In this document: positions 30,232 through 41,002 of the stretch, piece after piece
Layout: each line of letters begins with the position of its first letter
How positions within the stretch are numbered: the stretch's first letter is position 1
Assembly (NCBI GenBank): GCA_050173015.1
Contig: JBFXLE010000012.1
Location: 32,001-96,000 of the forward strand
Source: Calditrichaceae bacterium
GTDB taxonomy: Bacteria > Calditrichota > Calditrichia > Calditrichales > JBFXGD01
Length of the DNA: 64,000 nt
Direction: 5' to 3'
Notes under the pieces: model-generated
Seen by the model: the letters and a program-made list of their open reading frames with translations, nothing else
Database searches by the model: none
What the model was told of the DNA's origin: nothing
Made by a program: the position numbers and the translations under genes

Positions 30232-30906
30232 TTACTTTATTTCCAGAATCATTCGCACTCTGTTCGCCAGTTTTTCTGCGGAGTTTGACAGACGGGCCAG
30301 TGTCCTGAGAATACCCATCCATAAAATAAATTCACCATGTGTAAACTCATGCTCATTCGCGAAAAGGGATTGAAGTAATTTTTGCTGGACCAAATCGGCT
30401 TCATGCTCCGCGTAAGCCACTTGTTCCACAAGCTGCATAACCCGTTCCGCTTCTTTACCTCCAAATGATGACTGAATGAGTTCATCCATTTCCTGCATGA
30501 CTTTGGACGCCTTGTCAATTGTTTCAAGATTCTTGTCCAGGAATACCCAAAAGTGCATATCCATACATTTCGGGATTTTGCACTCTTTATATGTCAGGAG
30601 CATACCGATATCCTCACAGGTATCGGCAAGTGAATCCTGAATACCAAGCATTTCTAAGATATCGTTCCGGTCAACAGGCATGAAAAGTCCTTGTCTCAAG
30701 CTGTTTCTGATATCATTCTTAATTAAATCAGCTGAATGCTCGAGGCGCGAGATTTCTTTTGCAAGCGGCTGAATTTTTTCCTGTTCACCCTTTTTGACCG
30801 CTTCAAATAATTCAGGCACTTTGACAACACATTCCATTACAGTGGACATGTGAGCTTGTAAGGGGCCAAAAGGAGAAGCTGCGAAAATTTTTGAAAATAC
30901 GCCCAT
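30232..30906 (-). CDS. DUF47/TIGR00153 PhoU-like phosphate transport regulator
   Basis: SPFGPLQAHM, LEHSAD, FMPVDR, EHEAD; directly upstream of PiT. Confidence 0.88.
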   Translation of the reverse strand: MGVFSKIFAASPFGPLQAHMSTVMECVVKVPELFEAVKKGEQEKIQPLAKEISRLEHSADLIKNDIRNSLRQGLFMPVDRNDILEMLGIQDSLADTCEDIGMLLTYKECKIPKCMDMHFWVFLDKNLETIDKASKVMQEMDELIQSSFGGKEAERVMQLVEQVAYAEHEADLVQQKLLQSLFANEHEFTHGEFILWMGILRTLARLSNSAEKLANRVRMILEIK

Positions 30907-31107
30907 CGATTATGCTCTCTTAGTTAATTTGAGTCAATTCAAAATTATGGCAAATATTAAATTTTAATACCAAGTGTAATCATACAAAATTCTGACTTTT
31001 ACATCAACAATTTTGAATCAAAATAATTATCAATTTTTGGATGTGGTTAATCACTTTAAAAACAAATAATTATGTCAAGTTCTTTTGATTTTGGGATGTA
31101 TAATGGT

Positions 31108-31141
31108 AAAAAAAAAAGGATCTCCGCGCGGAGATCCTTTT
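31108..31141 (-). terminator. Terminator of the subtilase gene
   Basis: AAAAGGATCTCC-GCGC-GGAGATCCTTTT with a long T run on the minus strand. Confidence 0.85.
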
Positions 31142-31157
31142 ATGATTCATAAAGTGA

Positions 31158-32354
31158 TTACTTATGCGCAATAGGATCTGCATTGCCGTCAGGATCACCG
31201 GTAACATAGCCATCTGTTTTAATATTACCGTTGGTTACGAGAAGTAGTCCCGCGACATGTGGGGTAGCCATTGAAGTTCCACTAATAGTATTCGTTCCGC
31301 CGTCTTTCCACAAAGACAGAATGCTTACTCCGGGGGCGGAATAATCCACGGGCGGATTGCCATAATTTGAAAAATAAGCGAATACATCATTAATATCGAA
31401 AGCAGATACAGTATAAACATAAGGTCCATTGACCCGCGCAGGTGAATGATTGTTCGCATCATCCGATTCGTTGCCTGCTGCCAAGGCAAAATAAATCCCG
31501 TTATTCGAGGCGTTCAAAACAGCCTGATCAAGGGCGTCCGAAATGCCGCCGCCAAGACTCATATTGGCAACATCACCGGCCGCGCCGTTTGCGGCAACAT
31601 AATCAACACCGGCGATTACCCCAGTGGTGGATCCGCTGCCTCTGCGGTCAAGTACCTTAACGGCCACAACAGTTGCTCCGGCCGCGACACCAACAACGCC
31701 TTCGGTGTTGTCAATAGCTGCGATCGTTCCGGCAACGTGTGAGCCATGACCATTGTCGTCATCACCCGTTGTGGTTCTTGCTATAAAGGTAACACTTCTT
31801 GCTATATCAACATTTAAGTCGGGGTGTTCAAAATCGACACCCGTATCAATAATCCAGGCCACTTTGCCCGCTGACGCTGTTGCTCCGCCAACCCGTGTAA
31901 TTCCCCATGGTGTGGTTTGCGCAACCGGTGGTGCCGGCGGTTTTTTTGCAAAAATCGATGGACCTAAAGTGATTACCCGGTCCTGCTCAATAAATGATAC
32001 GCGGCTGTCATTTTTTAATTTTTCAATTTCTTCTTTTGATGCTTTGACTGAAAATCCGGTTATTGCCCGGCTGTAAATTGAACCGATGGATGATTCACTC
32101 ATTTTTGAATCATACAATACCGCTTTCGCTGTTGCTTGTACCGCAGCGGCTGTTTTGCCTAAACTTACCTGCTGCTGATCCAGTACAACGATATAACTTC
32201 CATCAATCGGGGTACCATTTACAGGTACATCCTGCGCCTGCATCATTTCGGTTGAAGCCGAGTCGGTCGGTGATGTGGAGCGTTCGCAACTAAACATCAG
32301 GGCAGTAACCAGAATGGAAACAATTAACCCGGTAAAAAGTAATCCTTTTCTCAT
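31158..32354 (-). CDS. S8 subtilisin-like serine peptidase lipoprotein with I9 propeptide
   Basis: IIDTG (Asp), HGSHVAG (His), GTSMATPH (Ser); lipobox-like FSC. Confidence 0.93.
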   Translation of the reverse strand: MRKGLLFTGLIVSILVTALMFSCERSTSPTDSASTEMMQAQDVPVNGTPIDGSYIVVLDQQQVSLGKTAAAVQATAKAVLYDSKMSESSIGSIYSRAITGFSVKASKEEIEKLKNDSRVSFIEQDRVITLGPSIFAKKPPAPPVAQTTPWGITRVGGATASAGKVAWIIDTGVDFEHPDLNVDIARSVTFIARTTTGDDDNGHGSHVAGTIAAIDNTEGVVGVAAGATVVAVKVLDRRGSGSTTGVIAGVDYVAANGAAGDVANMSLGGGISDALDQAVLNASNNGIYFALAAGNESDDANNHSPARVNGPYVYTVSAFDINDVFAYFSNYGNPPVDYSAPGVSILSLWKDGGTNTISGTSMATPHVAGLLLVTNGNIKTDGYVTGDPDGNADPIAHK

Positions 32355-32651
32355 CCGTCATCTCTCCTTGCAAATTAGTTGGACATAATAAATATTTTGC
32401 GGAAAGGAATCCCGCATTAATTAAAATCCAGAGGGCCTGGATCTGTAGAATGGATATGCAAATATATTAGATTATATGCAGAATGCAAGTGTTTTTACGC
32501 ACAGATTTCTCAATAAAGAATGATATTTATTCAAAAATGTATATATTTTAAAGAAAAAAAGTGTTTTTTTATTAGATGAGTGATTTTTTATTTCCTGAAC
32601 ATTTTATCAATTATCCCGATCGGCATCCGTAAAAAGGATAATTTTATACCC

Positions 32652-34211
32652 TCATTTGGGATATCCCGTTATCTCACGGATACGCTCATACAAAGGTTTA
32701 AGGTTGCTGTACATTTTTTTATAAACATCCTTATAGAGTTCATCGTAAAGCTGATGTGTTTTCAGATTCGGCTCAAAGACATCACCGACCCTTGTCATCG
32801 CATTGACCGCGTCATTAAAATTATTGTGCAAGCCCAAACCCACGGCAACTTCTATGGCCGCTCCAAGGCCGGAGGTCTCGTACAAATGGGGTCGGGCAGT
32901 GGGAAGACCAAAAATATCCGCCGTAACCTGCATCGCGTTCCTGCTTTGTGAGCCGCCACCCGAAACACGCAGAGATTCGATGGGGATATGCGTACGTTTT
33001 TCGATTCTTTCTTTACCTTCACGCAGGGCGTAGGCTAATCCTTCCAGGATCGCTTTGAATAAATGCGCGCGTGTATGGATATCGCCAAATCCTATGACGG
33101 CGCCCTTCGCCTCGGGTCCGGGAAGCTTAATACCCGGGGTCCAGTATGGCTGAAGAATCAAGCCCATGGAGCCGGCGGGAATGTCGTCGATGAGTTTGTC
33201 AAACAGGGCTTCGGCATCGATACCTCGTATCTCCGCTTCCTGCTTCTCCGGATATCCAAACTCCTCTTTAAACCAGCTGACCATCCAGAAGCCCCGGTAA
33301 ATCTGAACTTCCATGGAATGATAGTCTCTGACGGCGGAAGGGTAGGGAGGAAGAAAAGGAATAGCCTCAATATATTTCTTGTGAGTTACGTTTATTGTCG
33401 CTGTTGTTCCGTAACTCAGACAGCCGATGGACGGTTCGAGACTTCCGGAACCGATTACTTCGCAAGCCTTGTCGGCCGCCGCTGCAATAAGCGGAAGACC
33501 GGCCGGAATACCAGTTTCCGCGGATGCTTCCGTTGTAATCTCCCCTAGTACTTCACCGGGCTCAATTAGATCCGGAAGCTGATTCCGCTCAACGGGAACG
33601 CCTTTCCATTTCCAATCCCAGCCTGAAGCCCAGCGCAAATTTTTGTAATCAAAGGGGATGTAACCGACCTGACAACCAATGGAGTCCACAAATTTTCCGA
33701 TCAACCGGTGGGTCAGATAGCCGGATAACAGCAGATATTTATGTGTTTGCTTCCAGATTTCAGGTTGCTCCAGTCGAATCCAGTTGGCTTCAGCTTCTTC
33801 CTGGAAGTACGAAATTGTTCCGCTGAGCCGGAGCAGTTTAAATAAAGTACCCCACCAGCCTCCGAGCGGTGGTTGTCCGTAGGCTTTTCTCTGATCAAGC
33901 CAAAGAATAGCCGGCCGAAGCGGATTTCCGTTTTTATCGAGATTAATGACCGTTCCTCGCTGAGTGGTGAGCGCCACACCCGCGATCCGTTCTTTATAAG
34001 CGTTATTTGCTTCCCAGAGACCCTGACATGCACGGCATAGCGTTTTCCAAAAGACTTCGGGGTCTTGTTCAGCCCAACCCGGATTGGCGGAAAAATAGGG
34101 TTTGAATGGAACCTGGTTGATGGCAAGTAAATCACCATTTAAATCGAAAATCATGGCTTTAAGGCTCTGGGTGCCGTTATCGATGGATAACAAAAGGTCT
34201 TTTGTCGGCAT
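32652..34211 (-). CDS. FGGY-family carbohydrate kinase
   Basis: IDNGTQS, WAEQDPE, WLDQR, VSGGGS; start uncertain (34211 or 34250). Confidence 0.9.
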   Translation of the reverse strand: MPTKDLLLSIDNGTQSLKAMIFDLNGDLLAINQVPFKPYFSANPGWAEQDPEVFWKTLCRACQGLWEANNAYKERIAGVALTTQRGTVINLDKNGNPLRPAILWLDQRKAYGQPPLGGWWGTLFKLLRLSGTISYFQEEAEANWIRLEQPEIWKQTHKYLLLSGYLTHRLIGKFVDSIGCQVGYIPFDYKNLRWASGWDWKWKGVPVERNQLPDLIEPGEVLGEITTEASAETGIPAGLPLIAAAADKACEVIGSGSLEPSIGCLSYGTTATINVTHKKYIEAIPFLPPYPSAVRDYHSMEVQIYRGFWMVSWFKEEFGYPEKQEAEIRGIDAEALFDKLIDDIPAGSMGLILQPYWTPGIKLPGPEAKGAVIGFGDIHTRAHLFKAILEGLAYALREGKERIEKRTHIPIESLRVSGGGSQSRNAMQVTADIFGLPTARPHLYETSGLGAAIEVAVGLGLHNNFNDAVNAMTRVGDVFEPNLKTHQLYDELYKDVYKKMYSNLKPLYERIREITGYPK

Positions 34212-34317
34212 AAGTATTCCGCTGATTAGTGGAGTATCGTCCGGTTGCAACAGTGAATTCTATATCGGCTATCGGTAAAATACGCGGATGCTTTAGTTGA
34301 ATCAAGCAGGTATGAAT

Positions 34318-35874
34318 CTATTTTACCGGAACTTTGTGTTTTAATTTCCAATGTTCAAGATATTGATTTTTTTCATCTTCCCATTTTGTGTTATCCCAGG
34401 GCAAGACAGGTTGACAGATTCTCTGGATATGGCTGAGATATGCTTCACCGCCGCCCGGCAATAGAAGACCAATCCGTGTGCGGCGTAACAGAAGATCGGT
34501 AAGATGCCGGATGTGTTCATTTTTTGCGGTGTAAGGCAGCTCTGCCCAGATTGTATTTGTACCGGGGATGATTTTAAGATCTCTCTTGTCAGAATTTTGA
34601 ATGAGCGCCTCAGCCTTCAATCCATATCTTCCATAAAGCCGGCGAATGATGTTTGCGTCCAGATTACTGACAAGACCCTTTTTTACCGGAGCAGGTTGGA
34701 AGACGGGTTCGTTTTTAACAGTCTCGGTTCCTGGTGGAAGATACGGGAGAGCTGCTTTTAGCGCGTCCCACGCAAGTCGGTGGAACGTCGTAAGTTTGCC
34801 TCCTGTTATGGTGATAAGTCCTTTCTGTACCCACACCACATGTTCACGAGTCTCTTCAGACGGCGGTAAATTCCCTTCGCTCAGAACCGGGCGAACACCG
34901 GCATATGATGAGAGACAATCATCTAAGGTGATATCAAGCGAAGGGAAAAGTGATGTAAGTCCTTCCATGAGATATTCTACCTCTTCCATAGTGATAACCG
35001 GTTCAAATGACAAGGGTTCTTTAAAGTCAACATCCGTTGTGCCGATAAAAACGGCTCCTTCCCACGGGATAACAAATAAGGGTCTCTTGTCGGCAGGATG
35101 GAAAAAACTAATTGCCTGGGGCAGAGGGATCGCCCATGCCGGAAATATGAGATGGCTTCCTCGCAAAGGTCTCAGATGGAGTCCTTTCACCGGCGAGGGA
35201 TGAAAAGTTTCCGCCCAGCTTCCGGTAGCATTTATGACCAGCCGGCACGAAAAAATACGCTCTTCATTTGATTCACTGTCTTTAACATTGACTCCGGTTA
35301 CTTCATTTCTCTTGTTTTTAAGAATTTTGGAAACCTTGCTGTAGTTTTTCGCGACACCTCCGGATTCAAGCCCTTCATTGATGAGCCGGAGTACCAGCCG
35401 GGCATCATCCACCTGCGCGTCAAGAAAGCGGAATCCGCCTTTCAGGCCTTTTTTCCGGACATGAGGCGCCATCAGGGAAAATTCGGTACGGTCGAAATAA
35501 TCATGCTGTTTTTCCTTCGCAAGAATATCATAGATAGAAAGCCCGGTTTCCAGCATGATTTTATCCGCGGGATGATCATTGTAAACAGGCAGCAGAAAGG
35601 GCAGCGGCTCAACAAGTCCCGGCGCCTCATGAAGCAATCGCTGCCGCTCTCTGACAGAAGTTCGGGTGAGGAGAAAGCGCCCCTGTTTGAGATACCGCAG
35701 ACCTCCGTGAATCAGTTTTGATGACCTGCTTGATGTCCCCCAGGCGAAATCATGCTGTTCCAGAAGCAGAACACGAAGCCCCATACGCACCGCTTCCCTG
35801 AATATTCCTGCTCCTGTGATACCTCCGCCAATAATAATCAGATCCCAATGTTCGGGCAGATCGTTTAGTTCCAT
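34318..35874 (-). CDS. glpD: FAD-dependent glycerol-3-phosphate dehydrogenase/oxidase-like protein
   Basis: GGGITGAG, GTSSRSSKLIHGGLRYL, GTTD, AGVRP, GGKLTT. Confidence 0.88.
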   Translation of the reverse strand: MELNDLPEHWDLIIIGGGITGAGIFREAVRMGLRVLLLEQHDFAWGTSSRSSKLIHGGLRYLKQGRFLLTRTSVRERQRLLHEAPGLVEPLPFLLPVYNDHPADKIMLETGLSIYDILAKEKQHDYFDRTEFSLMAPHVRKKGLKGGFRFLDAQVDDARLVLRLINEGLESGGVAKNYSKVSKILKNKRNEVTGVNVKDSESNEERIFSCRLVINATGSWAETFHPSPVKGLHLRPLRGSHLIFPAWAIPLPQAISFFHPADKRPLFVIPWEGAVFIGTTDVDFKEPLSFEPVITMEEVEYLMEGLTSLFPSLDITLDDCLSSYAGVRPVLSEGNLPPSEETREHVVWVQKGLITITGGKLTTFHRLAWDALKAALPYLPPGTETVKNEPVFQPAPVKKGLVSNLDANIIRRLYGRYGLKAEALIQNSDKRDLKIIPGTNTIWAELPYTAKNEHIRHLTDLLLRRTRIGLLLPGGGEAYLSHIQRICQPVLPWDNTKWEDEKNQYLEHWKLKHKVPVK

Positions 35875-37484
35875 TTTTTACCGGCCTTCTGGATAATATT
35901 TCCGGGACTCATCCTGTGTTCAGGATCGATTTCATCGAAAATATGTTTAATCATTTCCAAGCCTACCGTCCCTTTTTCCACTTTGATGTAGGGAGCATGA
36001 TCTTTGCCGATACCATGCTGATGACTGATGGTCCCTCCGGCATCAACAATGGCATTGCTGGCCGCTTGTTTTATGGCTTTCCAGCGGCTAAGATTTTCCA
36101 TGGCGGAATCAGTGATTCTGAAAACAAATTGCGTATAAATACTCGATCCGGTAGGATATATATGTGACAAGTGACTAAATACATGGATTCTTTCGTTGAA
36201 TGGTCTCAGTGCGGATTTAATGGCGGATTCGATGGCTTCAAGAGTCAGATTTACATTATCCCATGTCACGGCTGTCTCAAGAGTGTCGACCGCATAGCCC
36301 GCGTCCCAGAGCGTATTTCTAAGATACGGAGTTCTGAACCGGTTTTTTTTCCAGGAATTACCCATGGCAGGTCCCGCGGAAACTCCTCCGTGGTTTTGGA
36401 TGATTCCAAATGCTTCTTTTTTGGCGGATTTTACAATGCGGTGTGTTCCGGTAAATCCGATAAGACACATGCACGCCTTATCGATGCTTATTCCGCGAAT
36501 TCTTAGATATTTAGTCAATACAGATATCTCTGTATCGTGTCCGGCGATAAGCGCGAGGCTTGTCATTGTTTCAGCAGCGGTGCTTAAGCGAAGCATGGAA
36601 TAAGGGGTTTTGGAGTTAGCGATATTACGGGCGGCCTCAGTCGCCTCATCCCATGAGCGAAAGAACACTCCGTAAACGATGTCTTTTTCCGGTATCGGTG
36701 AGATTCGTAAAATGGCTTTGCTGATGACTCCGAGCCGGCCTTCAGAGCCCATAATTATTTCCCGCAAATCCGGACCGGCCGCCGAAGCGGGGAAAGGCGG
36801 GAGATTCATTTTTCCTTTAGGTGTAATGATTTCACCGCCCGCGAATAACTGCTCGATACGGCCAAAATGCCTTGACTGCTGCCCGCTGGAACGCGTCGCG
36901 ATCCAGCCTCCGAGTGAAGAATATTCAAATGATTGCGGATAATGTCCAAGTGTAAAACCGTGCGCCCTTAATCGCGCTTCTATGTCCGGACCGGTGATAC
37001 CGGCTTCAAATGTAGCGAGATGACTTTTTTTATCAATAGAAATCAACTGGTTGAGACGCTTCATGGAGATACTCAAAACCGGACGTTTCTCCGGAGGTAC
37101 ATTCAAATGTCCCACAACACTCGTTCCGCCTCCATAGGGGATAATGACAATTCCATTTTCTGATGCAAACCGGATAATTTTTTCCAGTTCCTTTAGCGAC
37201 GAAGGATGCGCCACGCCATCGGGGAAAAGTGGTAAAGTTCCGCCGCGCAGTGAAATCCAGTCAGGCAGACTTTGTCCGTGAGCATGCAGCAGTCTGTCCG
37301 CGGGATCAACAGAAATCATCTGATTTTTTGGAAGCCTTGACTCCGGAATATTTTTTAGCAGCTGTTCTATCGGTACATCCGGTACCGGCATTGAATCCCC
37401 TACCAACTCCTTTAGCATTAAATGCGCTTTTTTAGATATTTCCATATTAATTGAAGGATCACCCCAACCATTCCAGCGCTGCAT
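35865..37484 (-). CDS. FAD-linked oxidoreductase, alkyl-dihydroxyacetonephosphate synthase-like
   Basis: MQRWNGWG start (TAATG overlap with fadR), PYGGGTSV, GHYPQSFEYSSLGGWIATRSSG, GSEGRLG, SHQHGIG. Confidence 0.85.
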   Translation of the reverse strand: MQRWNGWGDPSINMEISKKAHLMLKELVGDSMPVPDVPIEQLLKNIPESRLPKNQMISVDPADRLLHAHGQSLPDWISLRGGTLPLFPDGVAHPSSLKELEKIIRFASENGIVIIPYGGGTSVVGHLNVPPEKRPVLSISMKRLNQLISIDKKSHLATFEAGITGPDIEARLRAHGFTLGHYPQSFEYSSLGGWIATRSSGQQSRHFGRIEQLFAGGEIITPKGKMNLPPFPASAAGPDLREIIMGSEGRLGVISKAILRISPIPEKDIVYGVFFRSWDEATEAARNIANSKTPYSMLRLSTAAETMTSLALIAGHDTEISVLTKYLRIRGISIDKACMCLIGFTGTHRIVKSAKKEAFGIIQNHGGVSAGPAMGNSWKKNRFRTPYLRNTLWDAGYAVDTLETAVTWDNVNLTLEAIESAIKSALRPFNERIHVFSHLSHIYPTGSSIYTQFVFRITDSAMENLSRWKAIKQAASNAIVDAGGTISHQHGIGKDHAPYIKVEKGTVGLEMIKHIFDEIDPEHRMSPGNIIQKAGKKWN

Positions 37485-38185
37485 TATACACCTCCGTTTT
37501 CGGGATAAAGTGATTCCCATAATTCAAGACTCTTTTCCATCGCCTCGCGAACCAGCGGCTCAATTCGTTCTTTACCGTTTGAAATAGCATCAGTAAGAAG
37601 AGAGTAATATTTTAGTGAAGCTTGTCTGGTTTCGGGATGATCGAAATATTTTACCGCCAGGACTTTAAAAATATATGAGAAATCATTTAAGATAAGCATA
37701 TTGACAGGATTTTTTGAATGCTTTGTCATGAGTACCTGGAGGCCCCAGTCAAATTCGGCGAATGTTCCGGGATTCTCTGTGCCGCGGTCAAAGGCGTCCA
37801 GATAATCCAAGAGCGTGTCGGGAGCATATAAAGCAGCCCTGGCGGCGATGGCCGGCATCAGATTCGCTCTGACATCCAGAAGATGAATAATGAGTTCTTC
37901 GGGCAGATCCTCACCGTATTTGGCCAAAGTGCCAAGAAGGGACAGCCCGCCTTTTTCCCAATAATCATTGACCATCGTAGGTTTGCCGTGCTGAATAGTG
38001 ATCCAGCCTTCACCGGATAATCTCTTCATCGTTTCACGCAGAGTGGGGCGGGTTATGCCGATTTCTTCCGCCAAGGCCCTTTCAGCAGGAAGCGCCGATC
38101 CGGCGGGATACGTTCCGTCCAAAATAGCGGTCATAAGTTTGTGTTCTGCAAAAGATGCGGGTCTGAGCGGCCGATCGTTTTTCAT
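37484..38185 (-). CDS. fadR: Fatty acid metabolism transcriptional regulator FadR
   Basis: LPAERALAEEIGITRPTLRE and GWITIQHGKPTMVNDYW closely match the enterobacterial FadR N-domain. Confidence 0.88.
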   Translation of the reverse strand: MKNDRPLRPASFAEHKLMTAILDGTYPAGSALPAERALAEEIGITRPTLRETMKRLSGEGWITIQHGKPTMVNDYWEKGGLSLLGTLAKYGEDLPEELIIHLLDVRANLMPAIAARAALYAPDTLLDYLDAFDRGTENPGTFAEFDWGLQVLMTKHSKNPVNMLILNDFSYIFKVLAVKYFDHPETRQASLKYYSLLTDAISNGKERIEPLVREAMEKSLELWESLYPENGGV

Positions 38186-38193
38186 GATCCTTC

Positions 38194-38229
38194 TTTCTAT
38201 ACTGGTAAGTGGTCATACCAGTATAGAAA
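38194..38229. promoter_or_regulatory. FadR operator region: perfect 14 bp inverted repeat containing a FadR-type box
   Basis: TTTCTATACTGGTA-N8-TACCAGTATAGAAA; the internal AAGTGGTCATACCAGTA fits TGGT-N3-ACCA and overlaps the -10. Confidence 0.75.
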
Positions 38230-38248
38230 ATAAAAGTTCAACTGTCAA
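38220..38248 (-). promoter_or_regulatory. Sigma70 promoter TTGACA-N17-TATACT of the fadR operon
   Basis: Near-consensus hexamers and 17 bp spacer. Confidence 0.8.
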
Positions 38249-38296
38249 GAAGAAAATGACAGTTGAACTGCTTCGGTTTAGAACCAACGGGTTAAT

Positions 38297-39766
38297 TTAG
38301 TTGGTATATCGGATAACGGACGGGCTTATGAGTTTGAAGTCAGGCATCGTCATTCCCGCGTCGGCATTTATATATGTCGGATCGCATATCACATAGGTCT
38401 TATTGTTGTACTGCAGTTTGTCGCCTGAAACGTCGCCCCCAAAATGGACAGCGGTGCTGATATGTCCGGGATAATTCAATAAAATGACATCTAAGTTTAA
38501 CAAATGGCGCACCAGGTAGGAAAATAAAATTGATCTGTCTTCGCAATCGGATGCGGGATAGAAAATAGTTTCTTCCGGCACCAAATATTTTTCCCGGTCA
38601 AATTGCTTGTCATCCGTTTTATATGCAAACGCGGTTTGTACAAACCTCAGTAAAAAATTAACTGCCTGAAGTTCTGTTTTACCTTCCAGATACGGTTTTA
38701 ATGAATTTATAACGGATTGGTTAAAATACTCCGATGTTCCGGCCGATAAATAAACCTCCAACTCCGTTTGCGGATACTCTTTAAAAAATCGGACAACATC
38801 ATCGGTGAATTCCACATCCAGGGAAATGTCCTCTTGATCGTATTTAAAATTCAGCGATCTGGTTTCCGGGGAACTATTAAATTTCGGAACCCGATTGACC
38901 ACAAGATTCACGGTGTTTTCGGCATCCTTATATTCACCGGTATATGTAAAGATCTGCTGATTCAAATCCAGAATCTGATTCCAGTCGATGAAATAGTGTC
39001 TGATCTCATCAATCATCGTAAATTGTACTTCAAACATCTGATTTTTTACAGGCAGCAATAACAAAATATTGTTATTCTGATAAGCGACGCGCGCCGCCAT
39101 ACCCGATCTGTTGAGCAAAAACCATTCATAAAGAATCTGTTTGTTTGTGTTTCCGGGATAAACACTTCCCGCGAAACGATGTATCAGTAAGACATAACCC
39201 CAATCGTTGAGGAACATTTCTGCCCTCAGATTTTCCAGTTGACTTATCAGGCCTGATTTATGATCGACTGCCATCTTTTCCCACGCGTTACTGATAGATT
39301 TGTTTGAGACCGGAAAAGCGAAATCCCATTGGGGATTAACGGCACATTCAACCCTGTATAAGGATCCGAAAAATTCAAATTCAACTGCCGGACTGGCAGG
39401 ATCGGGTTCATGAGAAACAATATCAGGCTTCTTCACCGGCTCCTGGAGTGGATTTGGGTCATCGATAATTTTTATTGTTTTCGTCTGATCAGATTCCGGC
39501 TCAACGGGTTTTTCTTCATCTTTGGCAACCGGGATGGTGACTGGTTTTGGCTGGTCATCGGCCTTCAGCCCCTTTCGCGCGTCAAATGCCTGCCAGTCCT
39601 TCTCAAGAAAATTCAAAAAGGCGCGGTCCGTCTCATCAAGATAGTGGTTATACTGTTTTTGATCTTTTTTTAACCATTCCTTAAAGTCATCCTGAGCATG
39701 TAGATTAGTCATAGTGAGAAGTACGGATAATATGAAGCTGAAAAACAGATAATTATATGCTCGCAT
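38297..39766 (-). CDS. Exported transglutaminase-like (Cys-His-Asp) protein
   Basis: Signal peptide; SDCEDRSILF, GHISTAV, YVICDPT. Confidence 0.65.
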   Translation of the reverse strand: MRAYNYLFFSFILSVLLTMTNLHAQDDFKEWLKKDQKQYNHYLDETDRAFLNFLEKDWQAFDARKGLKADDQPKPVTIPVAKDEEKPVEPESDQTKTIKIIDDPNPLQEPVKKPDIVSHEPDPASPAVEFEFFGSLYRVECAVNPQWDFAFPVSNKSISNAWEKMAVDHKSGLISQLENLRAEMFLNDWGYVLLIHRFAGSVYPGNTNKQILYEWFLLNRSGMAARVAYQNNNILLLLPVKNQMFEVQFTMIDEIRHYFIDWNQILDLNQQIFTYTGEYKDAENTVNLVVNRVPKFNSSPETRSLNFKYDQEDISLDVEFTDDVVRFFKEYPQTELEVYLSAGTSEYFNQSVINSLKPYLEGKTELQAVNFLLRFVQTAFAYKTDDKQFDREKYLVPEETIFYPASDCEDRSILFSYLVRHLLNLDVILLNYPGHISTAVHFGGDVSGDKLQYNNKTYVICDPTYINADAGMTMPDFKLISPSVIRYTN

Positions 39767-39798
39767 TTCAGTTACTCCGTTGGCTATTAATTGTCATA

Positions 39799-40974
39799 CT
39801 AATGAATAACATCGGAACTTTCACGCTCATCATAGAGCTGATTTACCGGAATTATTCTCTGGTACTCATCAATTTCAAATACATTCCACACATTTCCCCG
39901 GCTTTGACAAGGTATATCAAATCCGGCTTTCAGCGCCCCATCGGCATAAACATCAACATGGGCATGGCTATAAGATAAGTCAAAGCTGTTTTTGCGGTGC
40001 CGGCCGCTAAAATTATGCACGACATATCTGTAGGTTCCATGCATTGGTTTATAAATGGTGACAGTTTCCGGTCCGTAGGAATGCTGATCATCAACATCGA
40101 GAAAATCCCTGCCGTCAATGAGCGTTCTGTTACGCCACCAGATATGAAATTGTTCATTTGATCCGGATGGTCCGGAGAGATGGGCGTCTAAATCTTCAGG
40201 ATGAGCACCCCAGGTCAAAACGATCCGGATTTTATCGATTTTTGGAGTGAGCGCGAAATTCATGCTAACCGGCAACTCGGTAAGGTCCATTTCAAATGTG
40301 TGCCGGGAAGAAATAAAACCCTCCTTTGTAAAAGTAACTTCATATTGTCCATAATCAAACTTATGAGAAAATACTCCGTTTTTATCTGTTTGTCCGGAGC
40401 AAACTGTTTCATTGGTAGTTTTGTTTTTAACGATGACGTTAACACCGGAAAGTATTTTACCGGTAACGGCGTGAACCATCGATACTTTATATAAACGCTG
40501 GGTCTCATACATTTCGGTTATCTTAATGAATTGGCCGTCAATAATGGCTCCACCGTGGAAAACCAGGCCGGGCTGATTCTCCGGAACTTTTACTTCATAT
40601 GTCTTATGATTGACATTATCTTCAACCCGGACGGAGGCATCCGAACGGCTGAGCATCAACAAATCTTCAGCAGTTGAAAAGTCTTCATCAATCAGTGGAT
40701 TTGCAATCCATATATTGGCGATACAATCTTTGGAGTCTATAATGATAAATTCCTGAGTATCACCGTTAAAAGTTCTGTTAACAAGGATATTTCCATCACT
40801 CGACGGCTTTTGTAAATTACCTCTGATGGCTTCTACTTTTCCGGTATGGTAATATTGTAATATCCCATCGGCTTCCCCCATATCTGCCATCTCATCCCAA
40901 CGGACAGTGATTTTGAAATCATAGGCAGACAGCGGCATTACGAACAAAAGGACCAGGTAGAGAAACTTTTTCAT
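39799..40974 (-). CDS. Exported protein with carboxypeptidase-regulatory-like and YfaP/DUF2135-like domains
   Basis: TDKNG..F...GQYEVTFTKEGF beta-sandwich; IVLTWG..DLDAHL, LDVDD..YGPETVTI. Confidence 0.65.
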   Translation of the reverse strand: MKKFLYLVLLFVMPLSAYDFKITVRWDEMADMGEADGILQYYHTGKVEAIRGNLQKPSSDGNILVNRTFNGDTQEFIIIDSKDCIANIWIANPLIDEDFSTAEDLLMLSRSDASVRVEDNVNHKTYEVKVPENQPGLVFHGGAIIDGQFIKITEMYETQRLYKVSMVHAVTGKILSGVNVIVKNKTTNETVCSGQTDKNGVFSHKFDYGQYEVTFTKEGFISSRHTFEMDLTELPVSMNFALTPKIDKIRIVLTWGAHPEDLDAHLSGPSGSNEQFHIWWRNRTLIDGRDFLDVDDQHSYGPETVTIYKPMHGTYRYVVHNFSGRHRKNSFDLSYSHAHVDVYADGALKAGFDIPCQSRGNVWNVFEIDEYQRIIPVNQLYDERESSDVIH

Positions 40975-41002
40975 AAATCATTCTCTTTCATAAAAGTAAC
41001 TG

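Noticed and set aside
32399-32443. Two small hairpins in the subtilase leader
   Set aside because: No match to any riboswitch motif I recognise; stems are short
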